The notes below the pieces were generated by a model. It did not search any database. It was not told where the DNA came from and saw only the letters and a program-made list of their open reading frames with translations. From contig JAYQME010000002.1 in the NCBI GenBank assembly GCA_038143595.1, forward strand, positions 151,788 to 215,787: DNA of 64,000 bases. Reading direction: 5' to 3'. Position 1 is the stretch's first letter, and each line of letters opens with the position of its first letter. Shown in pieces: positions 54,189-64,000 of the stretch. A program made the position numbers and the translations under genes. Source of the DNA: Flavobacteriaceae bacterium. GTDB taxonomy: Bacteria; Bacteroidota; Bacteroidia; Flavobacteriales; Flavobacteriaceae.

Positions 54189-54223
54189 AAAGCATCTGAG
54201 TCTAGTTACTCAGATGCTTTTTT
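54189..54223 (+). terminator. Intrinsic terminator after rplY
   Basis: AAAGCATCTGAGT...ACTCAGATGCTTT hairpin followed by a T-tract. Confidence 0.85.
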
Positions 54224-54235
54224 TATTTTTACACG

Positions 54236-54865
54236 ATGAAAGGTTTTTTAAAAAAGCTGCTTAATAGTTTAATCCCCTCCCCTAAAAATGAAATTGATTT
54301 GAAAAAATTTCTGATTGTCGGTTTAGGAAATATTGGTACTGAATATGATAATACTCGGCATAATATTGGTTTCAACGCTTTAGACGAAATAACTTCTCGT
54401 CTTTCAATTAATTTTGAAGAGGGTCGTTATGGTGCCATGGCAAAAACCCGCTTTAAAGGCAGAACAATATTATTACATAAACCATCCACTTTTATGAATA
54501 ATAGCGGAAAAGCAGTTCGGTACTGGGCTTTAAAAGAAAATATTCCACTACAAAATATTCTAATAATTACTGACGACCTCAATCTACCTTTTGGAACTTT
54601 AAGACTTAAACCGAAGGGAAGTGATGGAGGCCATAATGGATTAAAAGATATTCAGGCACAGCTCAACACTCCTAACTACCCCCGCCTTCGCTTTGGAATT
54701 CACAGTGAAGAAAAAGGGTATGACACGGTAAACTTTGTACTAGGCAAGTGGACAACAGAAGAAAAGGCAAAACTAAAAGAACGCTACCAACAAATAGAGA
54801 AGTTTATTTTTTCTTTTGTAACCCAAGGAATTCAGAATACCATGAATCAATTAAACGGGAAATAA
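54236..54865 (+). CDS. pth: Peptidyl-tRNA hydrolase
   Basis: VGLGNIG, TRHNIGF, KPSTFMNNSG and GGHNGLK motifs. Confidence 0.96.
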   Translation: MKGFLKKLLNSLIPSPKNEIDLKKFLIVGLGNIGTEYDNTRHNIGFNALDEITSRLSINFEEGRYGAMAKTRFKGRTILLHKPSTFMNNSGKAVRYWALKENIPLQNILIITDDLNLPFGTLRLKPKGSDGGHNGLKDIQAQLNTPNYPRLRFGIHSEEKGYDTVNFVLGKWTTEEKAKLKERYQQIEKFIFSFVTQGIQNTMNQLNGK

Positions 54866-54867
54866 GC

Positions 54868-55548
54868 TTAGGGTGCGGTATTAAAGTGGTTGATTACTGA
54901 TTCAGAACGATTACCATCTTCATCCTCACTTTCGATTTTCCAGAAATAAGTAGTGGCTGCAGATAAACTTAAACTATAATTCAGAACAGTAATCTCTCTT
55001 GCTATGGTCTCTAATGCGTCTGGATTAGTCCCTAACAGTAAAGTATAACTTGCAATATTATCATCTAAGTCCGCACCACGCCATGTGAGTGTAACATTCC
55101 CCTGATTAAGATTAACTGTTTCACCATCTACAGGAGCTGTCAACTCAGCTGGAAAAGGAACATAAGTAAATTGTTCTTGACTCTCTAAATAAAAAACCCG
55201 TGTCTCACTTTCAGTATCCACACTGCTTAATTCTGAACTGGTGGTGACACTCCATTCGTAAGGGAATCCTCTGTTTAGGGTAACACTCGCAAACAAATAT
55301 TCTGTAGATCGTTGATAGGTCTCTCCAGTTAATAGATTGACTATTTCTAGGCTGTAGTTGTCTGTATTTAATGCTTCCGACCAGTCAAAACTAACATTTG
55401 CTGTTGCTTCACCTAAGGCTACATATAAACAGCTTTCATTGTCTGCCGGAGACCTTAAATTAGTAGCTTCTGGTGCTGGGATCGGGTCTTTACAAGCTAC
55501 CAAACCCAACAAGACTACAAAAAGAAAATTGATGGCTAATTTTTTCAT
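54868..55548 (-). CDS. Lipoprotein with two fibronectin type III-like domains
   Basis: Lipobox LVAC; FDWS...YEWSV and LTWRG...YFWKI patterns. Confidence 0.75.
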   Translation of the reverse strand: MKKLAINFLFVVLLGLVACKDPIPAPEATNLRSPADNESCLYVALGEATANVSFDWSEALNTDNYSLEIVNLLTGETYQRSTEYLFASVTLNRGFPYEWSVTTSSELSSVDTESETRVFYLESQEQFTYVPFPAELTAPVDGETVNLNQGNVTLTWRGADLDDNIASYTLLLGTNPDALETIAREITVLNYSLSLSAATTYFWKIESEDEDGNRSESVINHFNTAP

Positions 55549-58500
55549 TGTTTGATGAATTTAAGCGTTTCCTCTTTACCTTCTGATCGCACTTTAAGTA
55601 CATAATTCGCTACAGATAAAGATTGAATATCTAAAACTACTTTCCTATTTAATTCACTTAACTGGGTAGATTGGGTGATTAATTGGTTCCCTTGTAAATC
55701 GAAGATTGCTAAGTCCACACGCTCGCCTTTTCCACCCACCAAAACAGTTAAATTATCATGTACAGGATTAGGGTATATTACAGAGGGGGCATCTAAGTAT
55801 ATATACTCCTCAACAACCCCTTGACAGGCTAAAGGCGTGGTCACTTTAACAACATTAAGTCCCTTGACTAAAGGAATCGTATGTGATGACTTATTATTAA
55901 TTTCAAAATTATTCCCATTGTGTTGAATCTTATATACTTTACTACCCGAAAGGTCTAAAGTCAGTTGACGTTTACTGGCCTCCAACTTGGAGCTAACATT
56001 TAGAGGTAAAGGCTGATCGATTGAACTTGTGAAACACTGTTCAAAATTGGGTATATCCTCTGTGGTTATACAAATTAAATAATCTCCACTTTCTAAATTG
56101 TTTAACGCTACTGTATCAAGCGAAAAGTCGACCTGCTCATTGTAGCCATTTGGCCCTAATATTTGTGCGGTATAGGAGAACAAAGCAGTCGCTGAAATCA
56201 TTATTTTTCCGTTGTTTCTTTCAATACAAGTCTCATCACTTTTAGATAGAGTAAAATTTCTTTGAGCATCAATATCACACAAATCACCTTCCCCATCATT
56301 ATCTGAATCTAGCTGATCTTGATTGTTGACCAAAGGGCAATTATCTTCACTATCTATACATAAGTCTCCATCACTATTTACTTCTGGAACACCATTTAAA
56401 CAGAAAAATAAATCTGCTACTTGTATTCTACCGGAGTCTTGCGGATAATTGTCAATTATACGCAGTTGCCATATTCCTTGTGAAGAAAGCCCATAGACTT
56501 CATCTAGCGCTTCGATAGGTCGATAGGTTCCAGTGAAAGGAGGACCCGCTGATAATATACTTTGTGTAGCTTCCGAATCAAAAACAGTTTGCGTGTAATC
56601 ATCTCCATTTCCTCCAAGGCTTTCTGACAAGGTAATTGTGTTTCCTGCTGGAGTAGTTAATTGAAGCGTAAGGTCTTCTACATAGGTATGGGTCAAACTT
56701 ATATTTACATCTAAATCAATAATGGTTAGATCATCGGCAACGGGAATATCGATAACGGTTGTCCTCGGTCCCTCAGCACCTGCATCAAAAATCAATCTAG
56801 GTAAATCGTTTCCACTGAAGGCCGCACAATTTATATTTTGGGTGGTAAATTGTCTTACTTCACTTGCGTCACTTTCCCCACACACTGTCCGTGCAAATAC
56901 TCGCCAGTAGTAGGTCGTTAATGAAGTTAAATCTTCAATTCTTAATGTATTAGTTTCTGTTAATGAATTGATCAAAACATTAGTAAATCCTTCAGTATCG
57001 CTTACTTCCACACGATAGTTGGTCGCACTGATCATGCCATTCCAATTTAAATTCACATTATTTGATAGATCCGACGAATTATCTTCTGGATAGGAAAGTA
57101 AAGGGGTTCAACAGCTGATGATAAAAAGTTAGCTTGGAAGTTTTGCGTTTCAAGTAACTCATTATTTTGCCCTTGTAAATCTAGAGAAAGTGAAGTAACT
57201 ACCTGGCTTTCTGCAGTAATTAAGATCGTTCCTGTTTCGCCATCTGATTGAAAAGTAGTTGGACTGAGGACCGATGAAAAACCTGGTGGTAAATCTACAA
57301 CTTGTGCATTGACAGGACTACTCAATGTTTCATAAGCACGGAAGGTAAACGCATATTCTAAACTTAAGCCATCGCAAATGGTCTTTACATGATTAACTAA
57401 CGGAAAAGCAAAATTTCTTTGTTCGATAGAAAAGTTAACCTCATTTACGGCAAAATAAATATTATTAACAGCCTTAATCATTAACCTTGCTTGGCTAGAG
57501 GTAATCCCCTCTGGGACAACAATGGTTTCTTGACCATCATTAGGGGTATTGGAAAGTAGGGTGTAATTAAAATTTTCTCCCCCGTCTAATGATAAAAGTA
57601 AGGTAACCGATGTGGTTGCTATGGGCGCCAAATTGGTCCTAGCTACATCCCATGTAATAATTACATTTTGCCCTGTTTCCCATACTGTAGGGGAATTTTG
57701 CTGGGAGGTCACACGAAATGGACCTGCATTTTCAATCACGTTTAAAGTAATCTCATCAAAATCAGTACTTCCAAAACCATTAGGGTGAGCTTCATTTCTA
57801 TCTCTAACTGTAACCCCCCAATTAAGCGTTCTTCCGACTAGGGAAACCGTTTCCCAAGTAGATCCAATAGATTTACTGGTGTCTGATAATTCGCCTGCTA
57901 ACACACTGCTCATTCTTGGAATTGATCTGAAATTACTCGAGGAGGGTGGTAAAGACCTGTTCATGCTTCCCATTAGTAAATAAGGGCCCAAGTTTTGTGC
58001 TCCAACTTCTCCAGAATCTAATTGCTCCCAGCAATAAGTAAGGTTGTCATTGTCTGGGTCAACAGCCTGAGCTTCTAATAAATACGGGGTTCCTTTAGGT
58101 ATTGATTTGTTTTCACCTGCATTGACTGTTGGGGGTAAATTATTCTCACTAATTACCTCCTGACAGCTATATCTAGCTAGGTAATCTTGCATATTCTTAA
58201 TACTATGATGATGAAAATATGGATCACTGTGTCTTTGCATATTTTGACCAGATACTATCCCAGCATAAGACATAATTGTTGATCCACTCCCAGGTTCACT
58301 ATTTACTCCATAAGATTCTGTTTCATGTGCAAATGTATGTATGGCACCAAATTGATGACCTACCTCATGTAATACATAATCCACATCGAAATAATCTGTT
58401 AAAAACTCACCTTCACTGCCGTTGGTTGCAGTAAATGGGTGGGCTGAAAAAGCACTACCTTTCCTTCCATTTCGACAAACATTCCCCACGCTTCCTGCAT

Positions 58501-59398
58501 TTCCATTTGCTGCAGAACGATGAAATAGATGCCCTACATCATAATTGGCTTCACCTATTCTCTCGGTTAATACTGATTGTATTTCTGAATTCAAATCATC
58601 ACCGAAAGGATCGGTTTCTGAATCTTCAAACATGAGCGTTTCATCAGAAACAATGACTAAACGAACCCCCATATCTACTTCCATAACTTCATTCATACGG
58701 TTGACCGTATTTACCACTGCTGCAAAAGCGTCTTGCCGGTTAGACCCGTTGGTGGCATCATCATCTCCCCAGAAAGAAGTATATTCCGCAGAAGTCGCCA
58801 CCGCAAAACGATAGGTCTTAAAATTGGTGTTTACTTGCTGATTGTTTGATTTATTTCTATCTGAAACTGTCTTAGGATTTTTTATTGGACTTGGGGTTCC
58901 ACAATTAAAAACGGCGGCATCATCATCTTTCAAATTATCGCGTAGATAATATTGATATTCATTACGGTTTGTTTTCTTGGGTTGTAAGTACAGCATTCCA
59001 TTCGGAGTACGCATGGTTCCGCTAATCCCCAGGGAAGTTTTTGTAATTCGCAGCGTTACATTGTTACGAAGCTTACTTTTGCCATAGTAAGTACTAATAT
59101 TAGGATATTTAGCGGATACTTTTGAAGATAAAATTTTAATGGGAGACATAAAAAATTCCTCTGATTCACCGTATTCGTTTGGGAAAGAAAGCACTAAATC
59201 AGTTTTCTTATGATGAATTAACGTAAATTTCTGTTGAAATAATACAGGATTTAAATAGGCGGTACTTACCTCTCTTTTTTGAACAATTGACGACTTTGAC
59301 AACTCCTCGATGGGAGAGGAAGAAGTCATTTTCCATAAATCTTGGCTATAGCACTGTAATGAAAATAATATAGTAATGGTATATATAAATCTATTCAA
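55545..59398 (-). CDS. T9SS-secreted reprolysin-like (M12B) zinc metalloprotease with FN3, proprotein-convertase P domain, TSP3 repeats and CTD; frameshifted near 57103-57106
   Basis: HEVGHQFGAIH and GSTIMSYAG, HTYVEDL P domain, DNCP..NQDQLDSDNDGEGDLCD, and IYPNPV...KFIKQ. One added base joins the two ORFs. Confidence 0.9.
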
Positions 59399-59490
59399 AA
59401 TATAATAATAGGTTGTATAATTCTTTTTTAAATATAATGTTTCGATTGTTATAAAAGCTATAATTTTACAAATAGTTAAATTATTGTTTC

Positions 59491-60420
59491 TTGAAGGTTA
59501 TAAATACCATTGCCAATTATTCTGAATTAAAAAATTGTGCGCTCACTATTGGCACCTTTGATGGCGTTCATATTGGTCACCAACAAATAATCAAACGACT
59601 AGTAAAACAGGCAAAAAAAAAGAATCTATTGTCGGTGGTTCTTACCTTTTTCCCTCACCCCAGGATGATTTTACAGAAAGAAAGTGATATCCGTTTGATT
59701 GATACATTAAATGAAAAACAAAAACTTTTAGAAGATCTTGGGATAGATGTTTTAGTTGTTCATCCTTTTTCGAAAGTGTTTTCAAGACAACTCGCAGACG
59801 AATTTATACGAAATATTTTAGTTAACACCTTTCAAATAGCACATCTAATTATTGGTTACGACCATCGTTTTGGGAGAAATCGAGAAGCAACAATTGATGA
59901 CCTAATTAACGCAGGTGAAACCTATGGCTTTTCTGTTGAGAAAATTGAAGCTCAAGAAATTGCCTCAGTAAATGTAAGCTCAACTAAGATAAGATTAGCA
60001 ATAGAAGGGGGTGATATTCATAAAGCAAACAACTATCTTAATCGACCCTTCAAAATCACAGGAAAAGTTATTAAAGGAGCTGAAATTGGAAGAACAATAG
60101 GGTTTCCTACAGCAAATCTACACATTACAGAAGAGTATAAATTGCTGCCTGCGGATGGAGTGTATTTTGTTAGGGCTAAGCACAAAGGAAAAACCATCTT
60201 CGGTATGATGAATATTGGATTTCGACCCACAGTAAATGGCAAAAAAAGATCTTATGAAGTTCATTTTTTTAATTTTAATGAAGATCTCTACAAGCAATTC
60301 ATTTCGGTAGAACTCCTAGATCAAATAAGACAAGAAAAAGCTTTTCTAACCCTAGATGAGTTAAAACAACAATTAACCCTAGATAAGGCGCATTGTCAAA
60401 GATTGATTCCTAGAAAATAA
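59491..60420 (+). CDS. ribF: Bifunctional riboflavin kinase / FAD synthetase
   Basis: GTFDGVHIGH, VSSTKIR, GFPTAN and NIGFRPT motifs. Confidence 0.96.
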   Translation: MKVINTIANYSELKNCALTIGTFDGVHIGHQQIIKRLVKQAKKKNLLSVVLTFFPHPRMILQKESDIRLIDTLNEKQKLLEDLGIDVLVVHPFSKVFSRQLADEFIRNILVNTFQIAHLIIGYDHRFGRNREATIDDLINAGETYGFSVEKIEAQEIASVNVSSTKIRLAIEGGDIHKANNYLNRPFKITGKVIKGAEIGRTIGFPTANLHITEEYKLLPADGVYFVRAKHKGKTIFGMMNIGFRPTVNGKKRSYEVHFFNFNEDLYKQFISVELLDQIRQEKAFLTLDELKQQLTLDKAHCQRLIPRK

Positions 60421-60469
60421 CCTTATTTTGAAGAACAAAGTTTTATCTTTGTATTAGAGCATAATTCAC

Positions 60470-61741
60470 ATGATACCACTTAAGCAACTTAGAGAAAATA
60501 AAGAAAAAGCGATTGACTACTTAAAGAAAAGAAACTTCAAAGAAATTGAGTTAGTGGACCGTATTATCTCCCTCGATGAAGAGCGACGAACTACGCAGAC
60601 TACTCTTGACAGCCAATTAGCAGAAGCCAATCAATTAGCTAAAAGCATTGGGCAGCTTTTTAAATCAGGAAAAGCAGATGAAGCAAAAGAGTTAAAAGAA
60701 CGTTCGGGTATTTTAAAAAATAGCTCTAAACAGCTACAGGAACAAATGCAAAAACTTGAAAGCAATCTTCTTGAACTCCGCTATCAAGTACCCAATATCC
60801 CGCAAGAAAGTGTACCTACAGGAACCTCGGAAGAAGACAACGAAGAAATTGAAAAAGGGGGAGACCTTCCATCCCTAGAAAGTGAAGCCTTACCGCATTG
60901 GGAATTGGCTAAAAAATATGACCTTATTGATTTTGAGCTAGGAAGTAAAATAACCGGTGCAGGCTTTCCTGTCTACAAAGGAAAAGGTGCTCGTTTACAA
61001 CGCGCATTAATTAATTATTTTTTAGACAAGAATACTGCAGCTGGATATCAAGAAACCCAAGTTCCCCACTTGGTCAACGAGGCCTCGGGGATTGGCACTG
61101 GACAATTACCCGACAAAGAAGGTCAAATGTACCATGTTACAGGAGATGACCTTTATTTGATCCCTACGGCTGAAGTCCCTCTGACCAATCTATTTAGAAA
61201 TGTGTTATTAGAGGAGAAGCAACTTCCTATTGCCGTGACTGGCTACACCCCTTGTTTTAGAAGAGAAGCGGGAAGCTACGGAGCGCATGTACGCGGTCTA
61301 AATAGACTTCATCAATTTGATAAAGTAGAAATTGTTAGACTGGAGACCCAAGAAAGATCTAATACAGCATTAGAGGAAATGCGAGACCACATAAAAAGTA
61401 TTCTTATTGAACTAGAACTCCCCTATCGTGTATTGCGTTTGTGCGGAGGTGATTTAGGCTTTACTTCTGCTTTAACTTACGATTTCGAGTTATTTTCTGC
61501 GGCACAGGAAAAGTGGCTGGAAATTAGTTCGGTGTCTACTTTTGAAAGTTATCAGTCAGAACGTCTACAACTTCGATACAGAACTGCCGATGGAAAAAAA
61601 CTAAACGTTCATACACTAAATGGAAGTGCACTTGCTCTTCCTCGGGTTTTAGCCACCCTCTTAGAAAATTGTCAAACTCCAGAGGGAATCATAATCCCTT
61701 CTGTTTTGGTTCCTTACACTGGTTTTACTAAAATTTCTTAA
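60470..61741 (+). CDS. serS: Serine--tRNA ligase
   Basis: LIPTAEVP, CFRREAGS, RLHQFDKVE and HTLNGSALA motifs. Confidence 0.97.
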   Translation: MIPLKQLRENKEKAIDYLKKRNFKEIELVDRIISLDEERRTTQTTLDSQLAEANQLAKSIGQLFKSGKADEAKELKERSGILKNSSKQLQEQMQKLESNLLELRYQVPNIPQESVPTGTSEEDNEEIEKGGDLPSLESEALPHWELAKKYDLIDFELGSKITGAGFPVYKGKGARLQRALINYFLDKNTAAGYQETQVPHLVNEASGIGTGQLPDKEGQMYHVTGDDLYLIPTAEVPLTNLFRNVLLEEKQLPIAVTGYTPCFRREAGSYGAHVRGLNRLHQFDKVEIVRLETQERSNTALEEMRDHIKSILIELELPYRVLRLCGGDLGFTSALTYDFELFSAAQEKWLEISSVSTFESYQSERLQLRYRTADGKKLNVHTLNGSALALPRVLATLLENCQTPEGIIIPSVLVPYTGFTKIS

Positions 61742-61743
61742 AC

Positions 61744-62058
61744 ATGTTCATATACAACGTAACTGTTCACGTAGAACCTGCCATTGAAAAAGAATGGCTC
61801 GCATGGATGAAAGAAGAACATCTTGCCGAAATTTTAGGAACGGGTAAGTTTATAGAGGCTAAACTTTTTAGGGTAATTACAGACCAAGATCATGGAGGAA
61901 TTAGCTATGCTACACAATATCTATGTAACTCTGTAAATGAATATAATGCATACCTTGAAGAAAACGCAACTGCATTAAAACAAAAAGCAAAAGAGCGTTT
62001 TGGAAATTCGATTTTAGCCTTCCGAACTCAACTGGAACAAATACATACACAAAAATGA
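61744..62058 (+). CDS. DUF4286 family protein
   Basis: IYNVT...WLAWMKEEH...FRTQLE pattern; upstream of rsmA. Confidence 0.8.
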   Translation: MFIYNVTVHVEPAIEKEWLAWMKEEHLAEILGTGKFIEAKLFRVITDQDHGGISYATQYLCNSVNEYNAYLEENATALKQKAKERFGNSILAFRTQLEQIHTQK

Positions 62059-62840
62059 AAAGTGTTCGCCCCAAAAAAAAACTAGGGCAACATTTCTTGA
62101 CAGATTTATCTGTGGCAGAAAAAATTGCCAAAACCTTAGAATTTGACACCTATGATCAAGTTTTAGAAATTGGTCCTGGCATGGGTGTACTCACTCAATT
62201 TTTACCTTGGAAAGAGGATAAGGTGCATTTGATAGAGATTGATAGAGAATCTGTCACTTATCTACAAAAGGCCTATTCTTCTCTTGGAGAGCGCATCCAT
62301 CAAGGTGATTTTTTAAACATCGATTTAACTACGATTTTTAACGAAAAACCCTTTGCTATCATTGGAAACTTCCCTTATAACATATCTACGCAAATAGTTT
62401 TTAAAACACTTGAAAACAGGGATAAAATCCCCTTCTTTTCTGGGATGTTTCAGAAAGAAGTTGCCCAACGAATCTGTGAGCCACCAGGATCAAAAAAGTA
62501 CGGAATACTCTCTGTCTTAACACAGCTTTTCTTCGAAACTAATTATGAATTTACAGTGCCTCCAAACGTGTTTAATCCACCCCCAAAAGTAGACTCAGGA
62601 GTTCTGACCCTTAAACGAAAAGCCGTTTATAGTTTAGACTGTGACGAGAAACTCCTCTTTAAAATCGTTAAATTAAGCTTCCAACAACGAAGAAAAACAT
62701 TGCGCAACAGCCTAAAAACTCTAGATATCCCTAAAAGTCTTACAGAAGATAGTATCTTTGACCAACGACCCGAAAAACTGTCTGGAGAAGCGTTTATTGC
62801 ATTGACAAAAAAAATTGACCATGGCCAACTTTCAACTTGA
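62055..62840 (+). CDS. rsmA: 16S rRNA dimethyladenosine transferase
   Basis: [23 protein letters not shown] and PPPKVDS motifs. Confidence 0.97.
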   Translation: MKSVRPKKKLGQHFLTDLSVAEKIAKTLEFDTYDQVLEIGPGMGVLTQFLPWKEDKVHLIEIDRESVTYLQKAYSSLGERIHQGDFLNIDLTTIFNEKPFAIIGNFPYNISTQIVFKTLENRDKIPFFSGMFQKEVAQRICEPPGSKKYGILSVLTQLFFETNYEFTVPPNVFNPPPKVDSGVLTLKRKAVYSLDCDEKLLFKIVKLSFQQRRKTLRNSLKTLDIPKSLTEDSIFDQRPEKLSGEAFIALTKKIDHGQLST

Positions 62841-64000
62841 CAATGTCTATTTAGAAAAAATTAAGCTACTTATTCTTGAAGAAAAAGATAAGAAGCTTAA
62901 AAAAGAACTCCATGAATTACATTATGCTGATATTGCCGAAATCATTGAACAACTTTCTCTGGATGAGGCGATTTATCTGATCAAACTTTTAGATAGTGAC
63001 CTAACTGCTGATGCGCTTGCAGAAGTAGATGACGATTTTAGAGAAAAAATACTCGAACAACTTTCTGCCAAAGAAATTGCGGAAGAAGTAGAAGTACTCG
63101 ATACCGATGATGCTGCAGATATTATATCTGAGTTACCAGAAGATCGCCAAGAAAAAGTCCTTTCTCAAATTGAGGATACAGAACATTTAAAGGACATCCG
63201 CGAACTCTTAAAGTATGAAGAAAACACCGCTGGTGGGTTAATGGCAAAAGAGTTGGTCAAAGTTCATGAAGACCTCAGCGTATTAAAATGTGTAAATGCT
63301 ATGCGAAAGCAAGCAGAAGAAGTTACACGAGTGCATTCTATTTATGTGGTCAACGCAAAGAATCAACTCTTAGGAAGGCTCTCGCTAAAGGATCTCCTAA
63401 CCGCACAATCTAAGGCCATTGTTAAAGACATTTACATTCCTAAAGTAGATTTTGTTCATGTAGACGAAAATGTAGAGGAAGTTGCCAAAGTGATGTCAAA
63501 ATATGACTTGGAAGCGATTCCTGTAGTGAATGATCAAAAAGAATTACTTGGCCGTATTACTATTGACGATATTGTAGATGTAATTAAAGAAGAAGCGGAT
63601 AAAGATTACCAATTAGCAGCGGGTATTTCCAACGATGTAGAAGCAGATGACACCATCTATGAACTTACAAAAGCCCGTTTACCGTGGTTGTTTTTGGGAC
63701 TCTTAGGTGGACTTGGCAGTGTATTTATTTTAAAGGATTTTGAAGAGGTAATGAACCAATCACGTTTAAGGAGTTTGTTTTTTTACACCCCTCTGATTGC
63801 AGCTATGGCAGGAAACGTAGGAGTTCAATCATCTGCAATTATTGTACAAGGTTTAGCCAATGATGTCGTTAAAGGATCGTTGATAAAGCGACTTTTTAAA
63901 GAGGTCGGGCTAAGTTTAATCAATGGTTCTATTCTTGCCTTTGTTTTAATCGGGTTTGGCTATTTTATTGATCAAGAATTTATTCTTAGCCTTACTGTAG
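62821..64000 (+). CDS. mgtE: Magnesium transporter MgtE (3' end outside window; missing from the ORF track)
   Basis: Translation from the ATG at 62821 gives [32 protein letters not shown] and [11 protein letters not shown]. Confidence 0.95.
   Translation, partial: MANFQLDNVYLEKIKLLILEEKDKKLKKELHELHYADIAEIIEQLSLDEAIYLIKLLDSDLTADALAEVDDDFREKILEQLSAKEIAEEVEVLDTDDAADIISELPEDRQEKVLSQIEDTEHLKDIRELLKYEENTAGGLMAKELVKVHEDLSVLKCVNAMRKQAEEVTRVHSIYVVNAKNQLLGRLSLKDLLTAQSKAIVKDIYIPKVDFVHVDENVEEVAKVMSKYDLEAIPVVNDQKELLGRITIDDIVDVIKEEADKDYQLAAGISNDVEADDTIYELTKARLPWLFLGLLGGLGSVFILKDFEEVMNQSRLRSLFFYTPLIAAMAGNVGVQSSAIIVQGLANDVVKGSLIKRLFKEVGLSLINGSILAFVLIGFGYFIDQEFILSLTV

Noticed and set aside
1-64000. Alternative genetic code (TAA/TAG reassignment) to explain the in-frame stops
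   Set aside because: TAA and TAG end most conserved genes at the expected positions, only two internal stops were seen, and no suppressor tRNA is present in the window.
1-64000. CRISPR array, diversity-generating retroelement, retron, IS element or prophage
   Set aside because: No spaced repeats, reverse transcriptase, cas, transposase, integrase or phage structural genes were seen.

Overview
AT-rich bacterial chromosome segment from a Bacteroidota (Flavobacteriaceae-like, probably marine) genome. The assignment is inferred from TAnnTTTG-type promoters, a T9SS C-terminal domain and the protein families present. About 1-32.2 kb and 52.5-64 kb are mostly housekeeping genes: asnS, rpoN, exbB/exbD, tatD, sucAB, umuC/umuD, a TonB-dependent receptor, rimM-rpsP, tig-clpP-clpX, sppA, folK, mutS, then prs-rplY-pth, ribF-serS-rsmA-mgtE. 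A roughly 20 kb accessory region (32.4-52.4 kb) lies between two tRNA-Leu genes whose 3' ends both point into it. It holds a mobile-element remnant, a truncated sensor-phosphatase, two large lipoproteins that appear to share an uncharacterised Cys-containing beta domain, a thiolase/FadB pair with a TetR gene and a perfect 23-bp palindrome, a fructan mini-cluster and an orphan enoyl-CoA hydratase. The sequence carries at least nine small frameshifts in short homopolymer runs, two in-frame stops in the same E-*-I-D context, and a garbled junction fusing a truncated mutS to a broken tRNA-Gly. Sequencing or assembly error is the most likely cause of these lesions, but a real mismatch-repair-deficient lineage cannot be excluded from sequence alone. 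No CRISPR array, rRNA, integrase, transposase or reverse transcriptase was seen. All homology calls come from motif recognition by eye, not database searches.
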